Both the position numbers and the translations under genes were made by a program. From the NCBI RefSeq assembly GCF_009914755.1, contig NC_060932.1: DNA of 64,000 nucleotides, one strand, 5' to 3'. How positions within the stretch are numbered: the first letter of the stretch is position 1; each line of letters begins with the position of its first letter. The notes under the pieces were generated by a model that saw nothing but the letters and a program-made list of their open reading frames with translations, made no database searches and was not told the DNA's origin. Below are positions 1-14,420 of this stretch, piece by piece. Source of the stretch: the human T2T-CHM13v2.0 reference genome, Homo sapiens.

Positions 1-134
1 CTGTCTAGTCTTTTGTTCATGATGATCCCTTCTTCCTCAAATACTCATTCCTTTTCTATAGTTTTTATCAGTAAAGGCTCAAAATCACTACTCTGATACT
101 ACCTGTCTTTCAAATGTCCACCCACTGGGGCATA

Positions 135-545
135 TCAGTCTTCTAACAAATATTTATTGGGCAACTAGTATATGCCACTACCTGTGCTAGGCACTGGGAA
201 TATAACTGGAGCAAGACAGACCCTGCCATTCTCATGCAACTTACAATGTAGCTTCTGCATATTGATCTTTCTATTACTTGGAAGCCAGGGGCTCCCCACT
301 CCCAGACTGGGAGCCCCCTGAGGACAAGGGTGATGTTTCATTTATCACTAAGCTCTATGCCAGGCACAGAGTAGGTGCTAAGAGGATGTTTATGAAATGA
401 CTAAATGCTGTGTTGCTAACAGGAAGCAGGGACATCCTTGAGGACAAGATAGTGTCTGATTCACTTCTGTATCCCCCACAAGCCGCTAGCACAGAACCTG
501 GCACCATAAATCCTAAGTCAATAAGCATGGGAGGAAATGAGTGAC
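135..545. mobile_element. L2 3'-end fragments (one minus, two plus)
   Basis: AACAAATATTTATTGGG...CTGTGCTAGGCACTGGG on one side and CCTGAGGACAAGG...GGCACAGAGTAGGTGCT on the other are typical of the L2 3' end. Confidence 0.65.
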
Positions 546-789
546 TGGCTTTAGTTTACCTCTTTACTCCTTTCCCTATAATATCGCCAAAGAAAAAAAA
601 TCCTGCAAAAAAGCAACCAGCAGATGGTGGGAAAACTGGTTTCTAAACCTGAATATCACTATATATGAGAAATACTCTTTTATTTTTGGGAAAATATGAG
701 TTTTGCATCTTATTAAGATTGATGTGTTTTAGTTATAATTAATAATCATCGTCACTGCTGATGGCTGGTTCACATATTCACCACTTGTT

Positions 790-1000
790 GGCTGAGGGAG
801 CTTGGGTGAGGGAGTGATCTCCTCTGAGCCTCAGTTTTCTTTTGTATAAGATGGAGATATGAAAGCATATCTATCTAGAGTGTTGAAGGACAAGTTAATC
901 AATGAGATAAGTATGTTTTAGTGCCCAGTACTAACACGTACCCCTGCTATGTTTTACTAGGGGTACGTTTTACTCCTAGTACAGAGTAGGTATTTAAGAA
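790..1000 (+). mobile_element. MIR
   Basis: CTCTGAGCCTCAGTTTTCTT...TAAGATGGAGAT core. Confidence 0.65.
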
Positions 1001-1259
1001 GTTGTAGATTTTTTTCCTTCTCATTATTATTCCAATAATCTAGTGTGACAGCAAAAATTAAGCTTTCATTTTAATAAAAGTGTCTCCTATTTTTTCTCCA
1101 ATCAAAACCACAGATTCTTATTTTAGGGGAATCATGTCTATTGGTTGACTCCAGAGAATTCTGAATTATCTCAGTGTGCAGTGTGATGTCATATTAAGGA
1201 ACTATAGGGCAGTGGTTGAGAGGGTTAAGGTTAACAAGTCAGTGTTGAGTGTGCCTGGA

Positions 1260-1400
1260 TTGAATTCATTCATTTATTCAACACATATTTATGGAGGACC
1301 GATCATGTGCTAGACAATATATTAGGTGTGGGATACAGTGAAATCAAATCCTTGCCCTCATGAAGTTGACATTCTACTGACAGAAGACATTCAAGCAATA
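1260..1400 (-). mobile_element. L2 3' end
   Basis: TTCATTCATTTATTCAACACATATTTAT...CCTTGCCCTCATGAAGTTGACATTCTA. Confidence 0.65.
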
Positions 1401-1543
1401 CATGTATACAATTTATACTGAATTTGTATTATATGAACTGAGAATGAGGGTGATGGAGGAAAATTGAAAAGGGAAAGAGGCAAGGGTACGCTGTGGGGGA
1501 GATTGAATCTCTGTTTTTAAACTCATAAGATGCATGGCCATAG

Positions 1544-1713
1544 GCAGGATGACCTCCACAATTTGTAAAACGCAGTGCAAAATGAAAATGTAGCACCCAC
1601 CGTTCAAAATTTTGAGTCCATGACTGCAGAAAATTGAACCAAGCACAGGTCCTTTTAAGTACACGCAGGACCTGTGCAAACCCACAGAGCAGACACCCGT
1701 GAAGCTGATCCTG
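1544..1713. mobile_element. MER45A-like hAT-Tip100 MITE
   Basis: CAGGAT...GCAGTGCAAAATGAAAATG...AACCAAGCAC...GTGAAGCTGATCCTG, with CAGG/CCTG inverted termini. Confidence 0.7.
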
Positions 1714-1975
1714 AACTTGAGCAAGTTGTTTGATTTTTCTCAGCCTCAGTTTTTAATTGGGAAAGGACTTGGAAATATTGAAACATGTGATAAGAGAAAG
1801 TGAATCTAAAGCTTTTTCCTCTAGGTACAGTGTTAGACAGTACAAAGGGCATTTTTACCTCCAACACATCTTTCATGAAGAGTTTTTTATCTAGGTTTCA
1901 TGGAGCCCTACGGTAAATAAATTTGCCCAAGTTCTAACAAGATTCTGGAATCTCATATGTGGGTATGTTCATGTT

Positions 1976-2022
1976 GGGGTGTGTGTGTGTGTGTGTGTAT
2001 GTGGGGTGTATGGGTGTCTGTG
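1976..2022. repeat. (GT)n microsatellite
   Basis: Direct observation. Confidence 0.9.
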
Positions 2023-2299
2023 TTTTTCCTCTGAAAAGCACCATAGTCTCTGCCACATTTTTAAAAAGGTGCATAACCCTTTAAACAGGAACCATTTACT
2101 TTAAATGGAATCAGAAATCTCACTATAAAAAAGCAATAATATTAATTTCTACTGTGTGTGTCTCTTGCCTTTTATTCCATGTTCACAATTCATCTTATTT
2201 TCATTTAAGACAACCAACTGGGCTAGTTAGAGCCGAGATTTGAGCCCAGTTTTTCTCACTGACTCTAAAACCTATCCATGCTCCTAAACCTCCTCACCA

Positions 2300-2760
2300 T
2301 TGGAGGGCATTGCTGTTTACCCTTTCAGTTTCAGCTGTACTATCAAAAGCAGCAAATCAAGGGCAGGGACCACAGCTTGACCTTAAACTATTCAACTGCA
2401 CTTAATTACCCATTGTAGTGGAAGCACATAAATACAGGATGTCCCCTCACTCTGCCATTCTGCTTTGCATCATTATCAAAAAGACAAAGGTAATTCATGT
2501 CTAATTACTCACTCACCGCAAGGTCAGAATATTTATTTTTATCATACTTGTGATTTTTAGGATTAGTGATATCAGTATTTATTCATGGCTAACCTAAATC
2601 AAACATCCTGTTGATATCTGTAAAGAGCCATATAGTTATTGTCGCAGGTATGCTGAGTCACAAAGCAAATACAAAGTTTATGAGTTGACAGGGAAAAGGC
2701 TGCAGAGAGGTAGAGATAAGTGTGCCTGGGTAATCACAAGTGTCTTGTGAAATATACACA
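2300..2760. promoter_or_regulatory. Candidate intronic enhancer core (AP-1/FOX/GATA/ETS cluster)
   Basis: TGAGTCA at 2654-2660 is directly followed by AAAGCAAATA (forkhead). AGATAAG lies at ~2714, and ETS-type CAGGATGT at 2435 and 2601-2615 (minus strand), all in non-repeat sequence. Confidence 0.5.
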
Positions 2761-4356
2761 TTGTTTATTTATATTGTCCATTTATCAAGCTCAATGGGGG
2801 CTTGGGAAACTGAAAATAATCAAAATAGGAAAAATTATTGGTATTATTTTCTAAATTTGCTGCTGGTGCTGACTTTTTGGTTCAATTTATTAAATACTTA
2901 CTTTAGAAATTATTCTCTGTTTTTAGTGGAATAGAGCTTTGACCAGCTTGAGAAAGACAAAAGGAGAAGTAGAAGAGAAGGGGAAATAAATGAGGCTCAT
3001 GTGACTGGGATTAATTTACTCAGAGATCTGGAGTAGCAATAACTTGTGTCTTTCCAAAACCCCCGCAGTCAATTAATGAGATCAATTTAAAGTGGCAGTA
3101 TTGAAAGGGAAAACCCAAACACTTAGATATAGCAGTATGCAACTGACCTATTCCTTTTTCCATTCAGATTCAGTCAGTCAAATATATCTTATTGACTTTG
3201 ACTACTGTCATCATAACTGTGTTAGCTAATTGTCTGAAGTTTTCATTCATTCTCTGTCTTTGCAGATGTCACTGCTATTCAATCTGTATTTCCTTGCTCT
3301 GTCTCGCTGTCTATCTGCACTAACAGGATATACACGTGTGTGTACACATTTTTTTTTCTTAGTCTATCCCATTGTTTCTCTTGATGTCCTTGGACAGATC
3401 AGCAGTCTGAAAATCAGGCTTCTAATAGAGAGTCTTACTAGAAGTAACTAGCTGTGAAACTTGGGCAAGTATTTGACCTCTCCCTTCCCCCATCTATGAA
3501 AGGAAGATGTGAAAACAAATGGTTCTGTGGGTCCTCTCCCACTTATTCACTCGATATTTCTATAATTTTCTATCTAGTTTCCATGGAGCACAAGGTCATT
3601 AGTAATGTGCCCCATGACTCTCAGATTAATCAGACAAGCCAACACTGGGGGAGATGTGAACAAAGTCTTAGAGTCTAGTTGATAGTAAGAATATGAAATG
3701 AATATGACTCACTGATGTGATATAGTCTTCAAAAAACTAAATTTGGTGTTTGAATGCGTAGAAATATATTAGGTTTTACAACATAAAATTTCCATTTTGG
3801 TAGGTGGAAAATGTTGAATGAAGGCAATTTCATAAGGTTCATAGTCTGTAGAGTGAAATGGAAGTGGAAAAACCTCACTTTGCTCTGTTCTGCTCTACTT
3901 AGCTCATACTTGAAGTAATCATTCAGTTCTTGATGCCATACAGACAAAGAAGGTAGTGGACAAAAAGAGACACACATATTCAGTAGATAGCAACCAAGCT
4001 GGGAGGGGAACTTTAAGGCATGTCTGGTTAATGGGGAAAAAAATAGAGGCTCTTTAACTTGGAGGTGTTAGCAGTCTTTTAGTCTTTAAAAGACAGGTGC
4101 AAAAGACTAAATTTTTCTGTGTGTATATATATATATATATGTACATATATTTAATGCAATATATGACTGAGTAGTTCATATAAGTGACAGTAGTAATAGT
4201 GACTAAGAAGTTCAGAAAAGATTCAGATCCGTGTAAGGAGGAACTTTTTGAATGGAGCTGTCCAAAATTTAAATGTGCCATGTCAGCTGGTTGCAGTGTG
4301 CCATTGCCAGGGTTGTTTAAGTTCAACTCAAGCAGTGCGAGGTGGTAGGTCTAGGA

Positions 4357-4577
4357 CACTGGCTATCTACCTGGGGTGAGTTTGTCTCCCAGGGGGCATT
4401 TGATAATGCTTGAAAATATGTTTGACTGTCACAATTTTGGGGGTTGGTGGGAGGGTGCTATTGGCATCTAATGAATAGAAGTCTGAGATGTTTCTAAACG
4501 TCCAACAATGCACAGAACAGTGCCCTCGCTATAAAGAATTACCCAAGCCAAAATGTGCCAAGGTTGAGAAATCCTAG
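4357..4577. mobile_element. MER20 DNA transposon
   Basis: CCCAGGGGGCATTTG...GGTGCTATTGGCATCTA...ACAATGCACAGAACAG...CCAAGGTTGAGAAATCCT. Confidence 0.85.
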
Positions 4578-5009
4578 TCTAAACAGTTTGATACAGATGT
4601 TTAATTCCTAACATCCCTGTAGCTGGGGAGAAAAAAGTGAAATTGATCTATCGGACCAACGGTTATGTAGGCAATTGTTTATAATGACATTTTAAAAAGA
4701 ATGTTAATGACATGCAGACATGCAAATTTTAAAACATATAACATTAAACATAAAACATTAAAAAAACTCTATTTTATAAATATATCAAAATATTGAGTGG
4801 TTAATTTTGATCAGTGAGGTTATTCATGCTTTGGTTTTTCTTTTTTCTCTGTTTTCCAAGTAGCTATAATATACCAGTCCTGCTTTTAAATTCAGAAGAA
4901 GAAAAAAAGAATCTAAGTTGAATTTTTAAAACCTGATATGTCCCTGAGGACTGAATGGCACATGGTAATAAGAATAACCCTAATAGTAACTTCAATTTAG
5001 CTAGCAGCA

Positions 5010-5600
5010 TACGAGGAGACAGGCCCACTCATTCACTCCCAGTCAGAATGTAAATTGTTATAACCCCTTTGGAAGACAATTTGGCAATATGACTGCAGAA
5101 CCTCAAAAATATTCATATGCTATGACCCAGTCATTCCAATTTTGGGAAGCTAGCCTAAGGAAATAATCGAAAATAGGCACAAAGATGTTCATTTAAGCAT
5201 GATTTATAATAATGAAAAATTGGATTTATAATGGCTACAAATTGAAAACAGTCTTAATTACTAGAAATAGGTGAATGTTTAACTAAATTATAATAAATCC
5301 ATATGATGTAACACATAGCCATTGAAAACAATATTTACAGTTACTGATGATGGGGGAAGAAATTTAAGATGCACAAATAACTGTAAAGAGTAAGGGTCCA
5401 AAATAAATAAAAAGGATAACCCCCAAAATGTAAGTATACAAAGAAACCATGATGTTTGAAAGTATATGTGTTAAAGTGTTAACAGAAAGTAAAGATCTTT
5501 AGGACATGAGATATGAGTGTTTTAAAAAAATTTTTTTCTTTACAATTAGAAAAGGTCATAAAAATATACACAATGAAAAACATAAATTTTATAACCAGAC
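5010..5600 (+). mobile_element. Old L1 (L1ME-like) 3' fragment
   Basis: GAATGTAAATTG...TTTTGGAAGACAATTTGGCAATAT...TGACCCAGTCATTCCA resembles the L1 ORF2 end and 3' UTR. Confidence 0.6.
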
Positions 5601-5856
5601 AAAAACTTTAATAATATTTGTCAAATGCCAAATCGGAGTCCAAAGCCATTGTCCATTTTAAGAAAATCATCTGACTTAACATCACTACTGCTTTTCAAGA
5701 GAGCATCATGCCCATTTCACAGAAGAGAAAATTTGGCCTCATACTCCTCAGTCTCCATGTTTTAGCTTAGATATTGTTTCCTCCAGGCGGCCCTCCTTGA
5801 CCTTCCAATTCTGGTTAAATTGCTCTTTTTCTGAGTTCTCATTACTTTACTGATTT

Positions 5857-5872
5857 TATATATGTGTGTGTG

Positions 5873-5918
<46 letters not shown>

Positions 5919-5938
5919 CACACACATATATATATATG
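5857..5938. repeat. Compound (TA)/(TG)/(CA) microsatellite
   Basis: Direct observation; ~80 bp into CCAT1 intron 1. Confidence 0.9.
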
Positions 5939-6017
5939 TTGTGCCTAGCAAGTGTATGACACAAAATACCCATAAATTGAATGAATGAATGAATTAATAA
6001 AGAAATGAATAACTTAC

Positions 6018-6476
6018 CCAACCTGGTAAGTGGCAGGGCTGGCCAGGTCAGTGCAACTTCAAAGTCGATGTTGTCAGTGAATGCTCCAGATGGATTGCAG
6101 AGAAGACCAAAGTTCATGTCTCGGCACCTTTCCCAATGTACAGGGCTTATTGTTGGGACAGAGTAGTGCCTGGCCTAGAAGTTAAACATTCATCCAGCTA
6201 GCTATTAAGGCTTGAATGCCTTCAAAGAACAGCATGGATTTTTCTGTGAATCGTGAGCGTTTTCGCAATGCTTAACACGGCAGCTGGTAATGATGATTGC
6301 TCCTGTTTCCCTTTGAATTTCGTGTTCGTTTACTTAACAGGGCATTGCTAATCTAGAAGAAGGGAGTGGGTGAAGAATCCCATTTGTAAAGAGGATAGCA
6401 GGTTAATGAAAAGAAGCAGAGGTATGCGTAGGTGATAGTGTTTCTACAAGGCTCGGTTCAATTGGTATGATTTAAA
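6018..6476 (-). ncRNA. CCAT1: CCAT1 lncRNA exon 1
   Basis: The reverse complement reads TTTAAATCATACCAATTGAACCGAGCC...CATTGGGAAAGGTGCCGAGA...TCACTGACAACATCGACTTTGAAG...CCCTGCCACTTACCAGGTTGG, which I recognise as the CCAT1 5' exon, including commonly used qPCR primer sites. It ends in a consensus donor TGG|GTAAGT at 6018/6017. The TSS position is approximate. Confidence 0.9.
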
Positions 6477-6850
6477 GGCAAGCCTTGGCTGGCTGGTCAT
6501 AATAAGGGCCACATAATGGAGGGGATTTACGTGGCAATTACCATGGTCCTTGCTAGTGGGATACAATGTTTTAGGGCTCCCTGGATACTTAAGATTAATG
6601 TCTGAATCAGTAGTGTTATTGTTGCAAGATCTTAGTGTGATGGGAGCCATGTGAGGCACGAATTTTTATCCCTTATCAGAATGTAAAATATCTCATAGTC
6701 TGCAAGAACACCAGTGACTATGGCCTGAAGTTGCCCTAAGACAGTTTAAACATCCTGTTGATTGTTTTGTTTTTTTTTTCCTTTTCCTTGGCAACCAGAA
6801 TGCATGAATGAGTCTAGCGTTACTTTTGTTCATCCAGGTAATATGATTGA
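6477..6850 (-). promoter_or_regulatory. CCAT1 proximal promoter region (part of the MYC-distal super-enhancer)
   Basis: Repeat-free sequence immediately upstream of exon 1. It contains TACGTG (6528-6533) next to GTGGCAAT, a GATA site (CTTATC ~6672) and a FOX:ETS-like ATCAACAGGATGTTT (minus strand, 6748-6762). Super-enhancer status is established knowledge of the locus. Confidence 0.6.
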
Positions 6851-8074
6851 AATGGGAATTATACATGTTCAATCATTTAGAGAAGAAGGACTAAAAATCA
6901 TAGACCTGTAGCAAATTAAATGATTATAGAGAATCTACCATGTAAATGACTGCAATTAAGGACTTCTTCATGTACCCCGGGCCAGATTCACAGCATCTGG
7001 GACAAACTCACCATGGTTTTTCCCTCGGTGTATTTATTAAGAATGATGATCCTGAACTTCAAGGAGACTTGGGGAATTTTTGGATTCCTGCCAGGTATGT
7101 ACCTGGCCAAGATTAATTTGGTGAATCAGAAGTTCCCAGGAACCATATCATGAGTACTAAGAGAACAAATTGATTTATCTAGTAGTATGTTTCTCCAACT
7201 TAGATATCTGTGCAAAAAAAGTGCAGCGGACATGGTGCACATTCCAAGAAGTTCTCCTCCAAGGAAGTGGTCAAAATATGTAATGCTTATTTATTATCCA
7301 TTTTGAGACCCAAATTATCCAGTCAGTGGGATCAATACCTTACTCCTCTTCCCCAGAAGCCTCACAAATAAAGTCTTAACACCATCTCAACAAAAATAAG
7401 ATAGGGACCTAGACATGGAGAATATGGCTGTCTCATGGATTCTAAGCAATCAGGTAGAGTATTGAGAAATGTTATTGAAACAGGAAGTTCCTGCTAAAGG
7501 TGTTGGTGGGATTGGGATGCCAGTGCAGAGTGACACAGTATTTGGACAAGAACACATAACACGAAAGTGTCTGAATCCTGTTCTTGTCTATAATGGCATC
7601 TTGCCATTAAATCCTTGAGAACAAAGAAAAATAATATATATTAGCTGAATTGTTTGCTAAAACCCAAATGTAGACCTCAGTAGAACAGACAGGACTACAT
7701 GGAAGATTCCTTTTTCCTGGACAGGGTATTGCCAACTAGCCTCAAATTAAAGCAGGGCAGAGCCATAAAACTATTATAATCCAGGGGAACCTGGATTTGG
7801 GGCCTTTTCATTTTGAAAGCAATATCCAAATCTACCCAGAAAGTCTAATTAAATCCTTACGGATCTACTTCTAATTGGCTGCTATCCAATTAGCATTCTG
7901 AAACCTGAATGCTCAGATCAGCCCTCCTTCCCATCTTGGTGGAGGGGCAGGGGGAGTACATTAGAGGAACAAAAGAACAAAAAAGAGGCTTTAAGCTTCT
8001 GCTAGAAGCCAGTATCACAAATCTAGAATGACAAGCCAAAGCCAAGATATAGTTGGCCAGGGGCAGCCAGTATC

Positions 8075-8260
8075 CTTCATTTTCTTATTCATTCATTAAT
8101 TCACTCATTTATCAGGTGGACATTTGCAGGGCACCAGTGATGCTGTCAGGCACCATGTTTGGTGATGAGTTACCAGATGGTCCTAGCAGATGAAAAGACT
8201 GGGAACCCACTGGGAAGGATACAAAAATTATTACACAGCTATCAGAGCAAGAGGGAGGTT
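8075..8260 (-). mobile_element. L2 fragment
   Basis: TTCATTCATTAATTCACTCATTTATC... L2 tail. Confidence 0.5.
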
Positions 8261-8751
8261 AGTAAAAGCTGGTGGACCTTAAAGTTTCTCTACTTTTGCA
8301 AGTGTAAAAACTGGGGTAAAGATAGAGTTTGGGATAACGGACACAGCCATAGCCAAAGAATGAGTCTAGTGTCTATAGAGAAGTTGTGATATTTGGAATT
8401 TTCCATGTGCAAACACACACGCACATGCACGCGCACACGCACACACACCACACACTCCTCACCTTTGCCATTTTCATAGGGAAACATGAAGAAACAAGTA
8501 TATGGATTTTGGAATTGGGCAGTGTTTTATTTCAGCCCCATGTTCGCTTGCTAGCTATGTGATATGTGACTTTGGGCAACTTGTTTATCTTTTCTGGGAA
8601 AACATATACCTCTAGGGGTGCAGTAAGGGATAACTGGGAACAGTGGAGTGTGTGCCTGGTACAAAGCCTGCGGTGTAGATGCCATTTAATAAATGATGGT
8701 TTTCTCTATCCTGCATCTTGAGAGTAGATCCAATCTATTGTTTATTCTTTA

Positions 8752-9243
<492 letters not shown>

Positions 9244-10199
9244 TCAACATCAGGACAGGTCCTTCATGCTTAGATTCCAGGTCTCTTCTTGCGAATGGGA
9301 ACAGTCATCACTTATCCAATGATGCATTTAAGAGCACCAAGTTTTAAAAAGAGACAAATGTCGAAAAGAAATGCCATTTATCATCAAACACCATTATTAA
9401 ACACTAGCTTGTTGGCATATCTGTAAGTCTGGTTGTCATTTTGCTAGGTGGAGAGGGCAGAATTTTGGAAAGTATCTAGGCCACACCCATGTTTCAGAAT
9501 AGTAAGTACAAAAGCCACAATGTATTGATCACTTAGACTCATCATATGTTTGTCCTTTTATTTTAAATACCCCAAGGATGGAGGTCTTTCTAGCCTAATT
9601 TTCCAGCTAAGAAAATCAAGGATAAAAAATTTTCTTGTGTTGTTACTTTATCCTTAGTACCCCCCTGGGAAGTAGGTATAATTAGCCTCATCTTAGAGAT
9701 GAGAAAACTGAGGCTCAGAGAGGACTGTCCTGTAACCAGAAAGAGGATGTGTTAGGATCTGAACCCATCTGACGAAAGGCTATGCTCTTAATTAGTAACA
9801 TTTCCCTGCCTTGCAAGGACACATGTAGGTCACAGGATACCCAGGGAAGGTAAATGCTCTGTCCTTTTCTCACCAGTACTACAACTTAGTAACAGCCTCT
9901 GGCCCAAAATGAGACTGGACATTGACTTTAATGGATGGAAGTACACATTCCTAACATGGATTCATTCAGAAGCACCCAGATTTCACAAGAGGAAATGATG
10001 AGGCATTTTTCTGAGGTGTTGAAATTGTGCCCTTTGTCAGTCACAAACCAACCAAAAAAAAAAAAAAAGGCTTTGAAAATTCCTCAAAGGTAAAAGGTAG
10101 CCTTTCTTCTCTCATAGTTCTGATATAGTCCCAAAAGGAAACAAAAGCTTGCATAATTCTAGCCCCAGTGATTCTTCTTTCCTTCTTATTAACTACAAA

Positions 10200-10450
10200 T
10201 CTTCACCACATTTTTTCTTACTAATTAGTCACATGCTTAAGCTCCTGAGTCACGGAGTTGTCTACTGGTTATAGCTTGTTCTAGCTCTTCCACCCTCAAA
10301 TGGAACTTGCAAGGAATTAGGCCCTCTGAAGATCGCACATTCAAGTCATGAAAACAAGCCAACAATGAAATCAATCACTGCCGAGAAGGGTGGACAAGCA
10401 CAAGCATTAAGACCCACTACTGTTGAGTCAGGGCCTTCAGATATGCTGCC
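10200..10450. promoter_or_regulatory. AP-1 site cluster (candidate enhancer element)
   Basis: TTAGTCA ~10225, TGAGTCA 10246-10252 and TGAGTCA 10424-10430 in unique sequence. Confidence 0.4.
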
Positions 10451-10748
10451 AATGGGAAGAAGAGAGAAAAATTATGTTTATTCATTTATAAATATGTGCA
10501 TTCTTGCCTCCAAAGGTCCCAATTTCACACTGGTCCAGTTGGGTTCTCTTTCCTTTGCTGCATTCAGGAGCACAGTTGTATTTCATCTACTGCTTGAGAA
10601 TGCAGTGGAGCTTGTCGCCAGCAGTGATGGAGCCAAACATAAAGCCAATTACCTTTCCCTAGGTGGCTAATGGAGGCTCCAAGAAGCCAGAGTTTGCCCA
10701 CAGCCATATGGTCCGAGAGAATAGACCATGCATTTCTGGAGGCTTTAC

Positions 10749-10877
10749 CTGACTTTCGCCAAAAGCATGCACAGAACGTGGAACTTGGCCTCCTGAAAAG
10801 GCGTGTCTTCAGCTTAGGTTATTCCTTTCTCGATGCTCACCATGATGTCAGGCTCCTAGTAGGAGAGCCATTAATAA
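10749..10877 (-). ncRNA. Upstream 129 nt exon of long CCAT1/CASC19-type isoforms
   Basis: Minus-strand acceptor TTTTTTTCCTGTGGTTTACATGACAG|TTATT at 10877 and donor CAG|GTAAAG at 10749. The position fits my recollection of an exon in 5'-extended CCAT1 and HeLa fusion transcripts. Confidence 0.6.
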
Positions 10878-10999
10878 CTGTCATGTAAACCACAGGAAAA
10901 AAAGCTATGAGTGGGATTCTTTAGCTATACTTATTGAAACAAACCCTTTAGTATGAATGTATGACCTTCTACTGATTGGCCCTAAACACTTTTCCAAAG

Positions 11000-11745
11000 C
11001 TTCCCTCCACTTTACTCATCAGCAATGCAGCTGCCAGAATTCTCACCATTCCCAAGCAGCCATATTATCCCAGGCTTCTCTAGTTTACATTCTCCACCCT
11101 TCCTTTGTCACCAAGTATCATCTAAAAGTCATACCTGATTATGTCACCTTCGTGCACATGCACATACAAGGACACACACATACCCCTCATTAGTCCGGAT
11201 CTCCCTGTTTGCATATAGAATGAAGTCTAGGCCTGTTAACATAGCATGTAAGACCCTCCTCAGTTGGCCTCCAAAACCGCCCATCCAGCCTCATTTCTAC
11301 TCTCCCTCCTTCATCTTTTTCCTTACTGATGTTACCACAAAATTCTCTTATACTCCTCCTCCATTTCCAAAGGAGACCAGGCCTGGACTCAGTACCTTTG
11401 TGTACTGCTGCTTTGCTACCTGCTGTTATCCTCTCCTTTATCTCTATGAAGCAAACTCTTTCTCATCCTTCAAGAGCTAGTTCAAATATCCTCCTCTGGG
11501 AAGCCCTTTCTGAAGCCCACAGATGGAGTTAGTTATACCCTTTACTGTGAGCACACCAAAGAAAAACAGCTTTACTCGTGTGCATATCTCACTGTGTTGT
11601 AATAGCTTACCTGCCTATCTCACCATTAGACTGTGTACTTCTAGAAGGCAGAAATCTTTTTCTAATGATTTCTTATTTCCCAGAACCTAGAACAACACAT
11701 ATTAGAAAGGGTTGCTTAGTGGATATTTTTAGAATAAATGAGTAC
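11000..11745 (+). mobile_element. L2 fragment
   Basis: CTGATTATGTCACC...CTCATCCTTCAAG...TCCTCTGGGAAGCCCTT...ATTAGACTGT...GAATAAATGA. Confidence 0.65.
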
Positions 11746-12839
11746 CTTCGGTGACTTGGCATTTGATGGGCAATCTTGGCCATCCTAAAGCATTCCATGC
11801 CATCAGATATACCCTGCATTGCCATGAGCTTTATCATTGGCTTTTAGAACATCATCCTCCCACTTTGAATAAATGGTCTAGCAGACAATACAGTCCTAAG
11901 GAACAGAAAACCTAAGTGTTAGCTCCAGGATTCACCAGCATCTTATACTTGCTCAGGACAATAGAGGATGCAATTAGGAGCTGAAATGATTATCTAATTT
12001 CCCATGCATGGTAGATCCTAAGTAATGTGCTCAGCAAATCATATTTATCCTTTGAAGTTGAGAACTAACTGTACAGCAGAAACAGGACCAGGTACTCTCT
12101 AGATCTTGTTTCTGTTTGGAGAATCCTGGTCAAAGAATGCCAAGGCTAAAAAGACTGCCAATATCAATCACTCTATTTTAGAGATGACAACATTGAGGCT
12201 TGAAGAGGAAAAGAAGCAGGAACATGAATAAAGGCAACCAATTAACAAATATGCCACAGATAATGGTAGAAAACCCTCCACGGCATAGAAGAAAGAGGGT
12301 GTTTGTTGAAGGTTCTGGATTTTCTCTATTTGCCCAATAAACAAGTGCAACTCTGAGCCACTCCACTGTGCAGTAGATCCTAGACCCTTCTGTGAGGCAG
12401 AGCAGATCTAAAAAGCTGCCTTGGGCCTTGGCACCTCTCACTGTGCTTATAGAACATTGACATTTTTGTTAGGGGTGACTAAGAGAGAAGATTTGCATTG
12501 GTTAGAAATTAGTCAGATGGCATTTCCTTAGGCTTTGCTTTCATTTCTCAGTGAAAGGTTGTGTAGGAAGCATTTGATTTTCCTGTTATATTACTTTATT
12601 AATAATCTACAGTTATTGGCTAGTTTCCAGAAGCCTAAAGCAAGAGAACTTGATAATGAAGGATACCCTAAAAACCAGAGACCTTTGGGCAGACACTGAC
12701 TTGGGGCATTAGGAGAACTCATTACAAGTCCTGGATCTTGATTTTCCCCTTTGTAAAATGAAGGACTTTAACCAGGTACTCTCTGGGTCCTGTTTCTGCT
12801 TGGAGAATTTTTAAGACCTCAGAGTCTATCTGTGAACTG

Positions 12840-14420
<1,581 letters not shown>

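Larger units (their letters stand above)
1..6017 (-). ncRNA. CCAT1: CCAT1 intron 1 (partial; exon 2 lies left of the window)
   Basis: Lies downstream of the GTAAGT donor at 6017. The CCAT1 exon 2 sequence (CTCTGTATGGCTAAGCG...) was not seen in the window. Confidence 0.8.

Noticed and set aside
3241-3270. Strong plus-strand acceptor TTCTCTGTCTTTGCAG|
   Set aside because: No matching donor was identified; isolated acceptors are common.
6021-6026. Alternative CCAT1 donor CAG|GTTGGG at 6023
   Set aside because: It is weaker than TGG|GTAAGT 5 nt downstream, and the mRNA as I recall it retains GTTGG.
5842-6117. 91 aa ORF starting in CCAT1 exon 1
   Set aside because: It reads through the donor into the intronic microsatellite. 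Only ~33 codons are exonic, and the spliced continuation is outside the window, so a micropeptide cannot be assessed.
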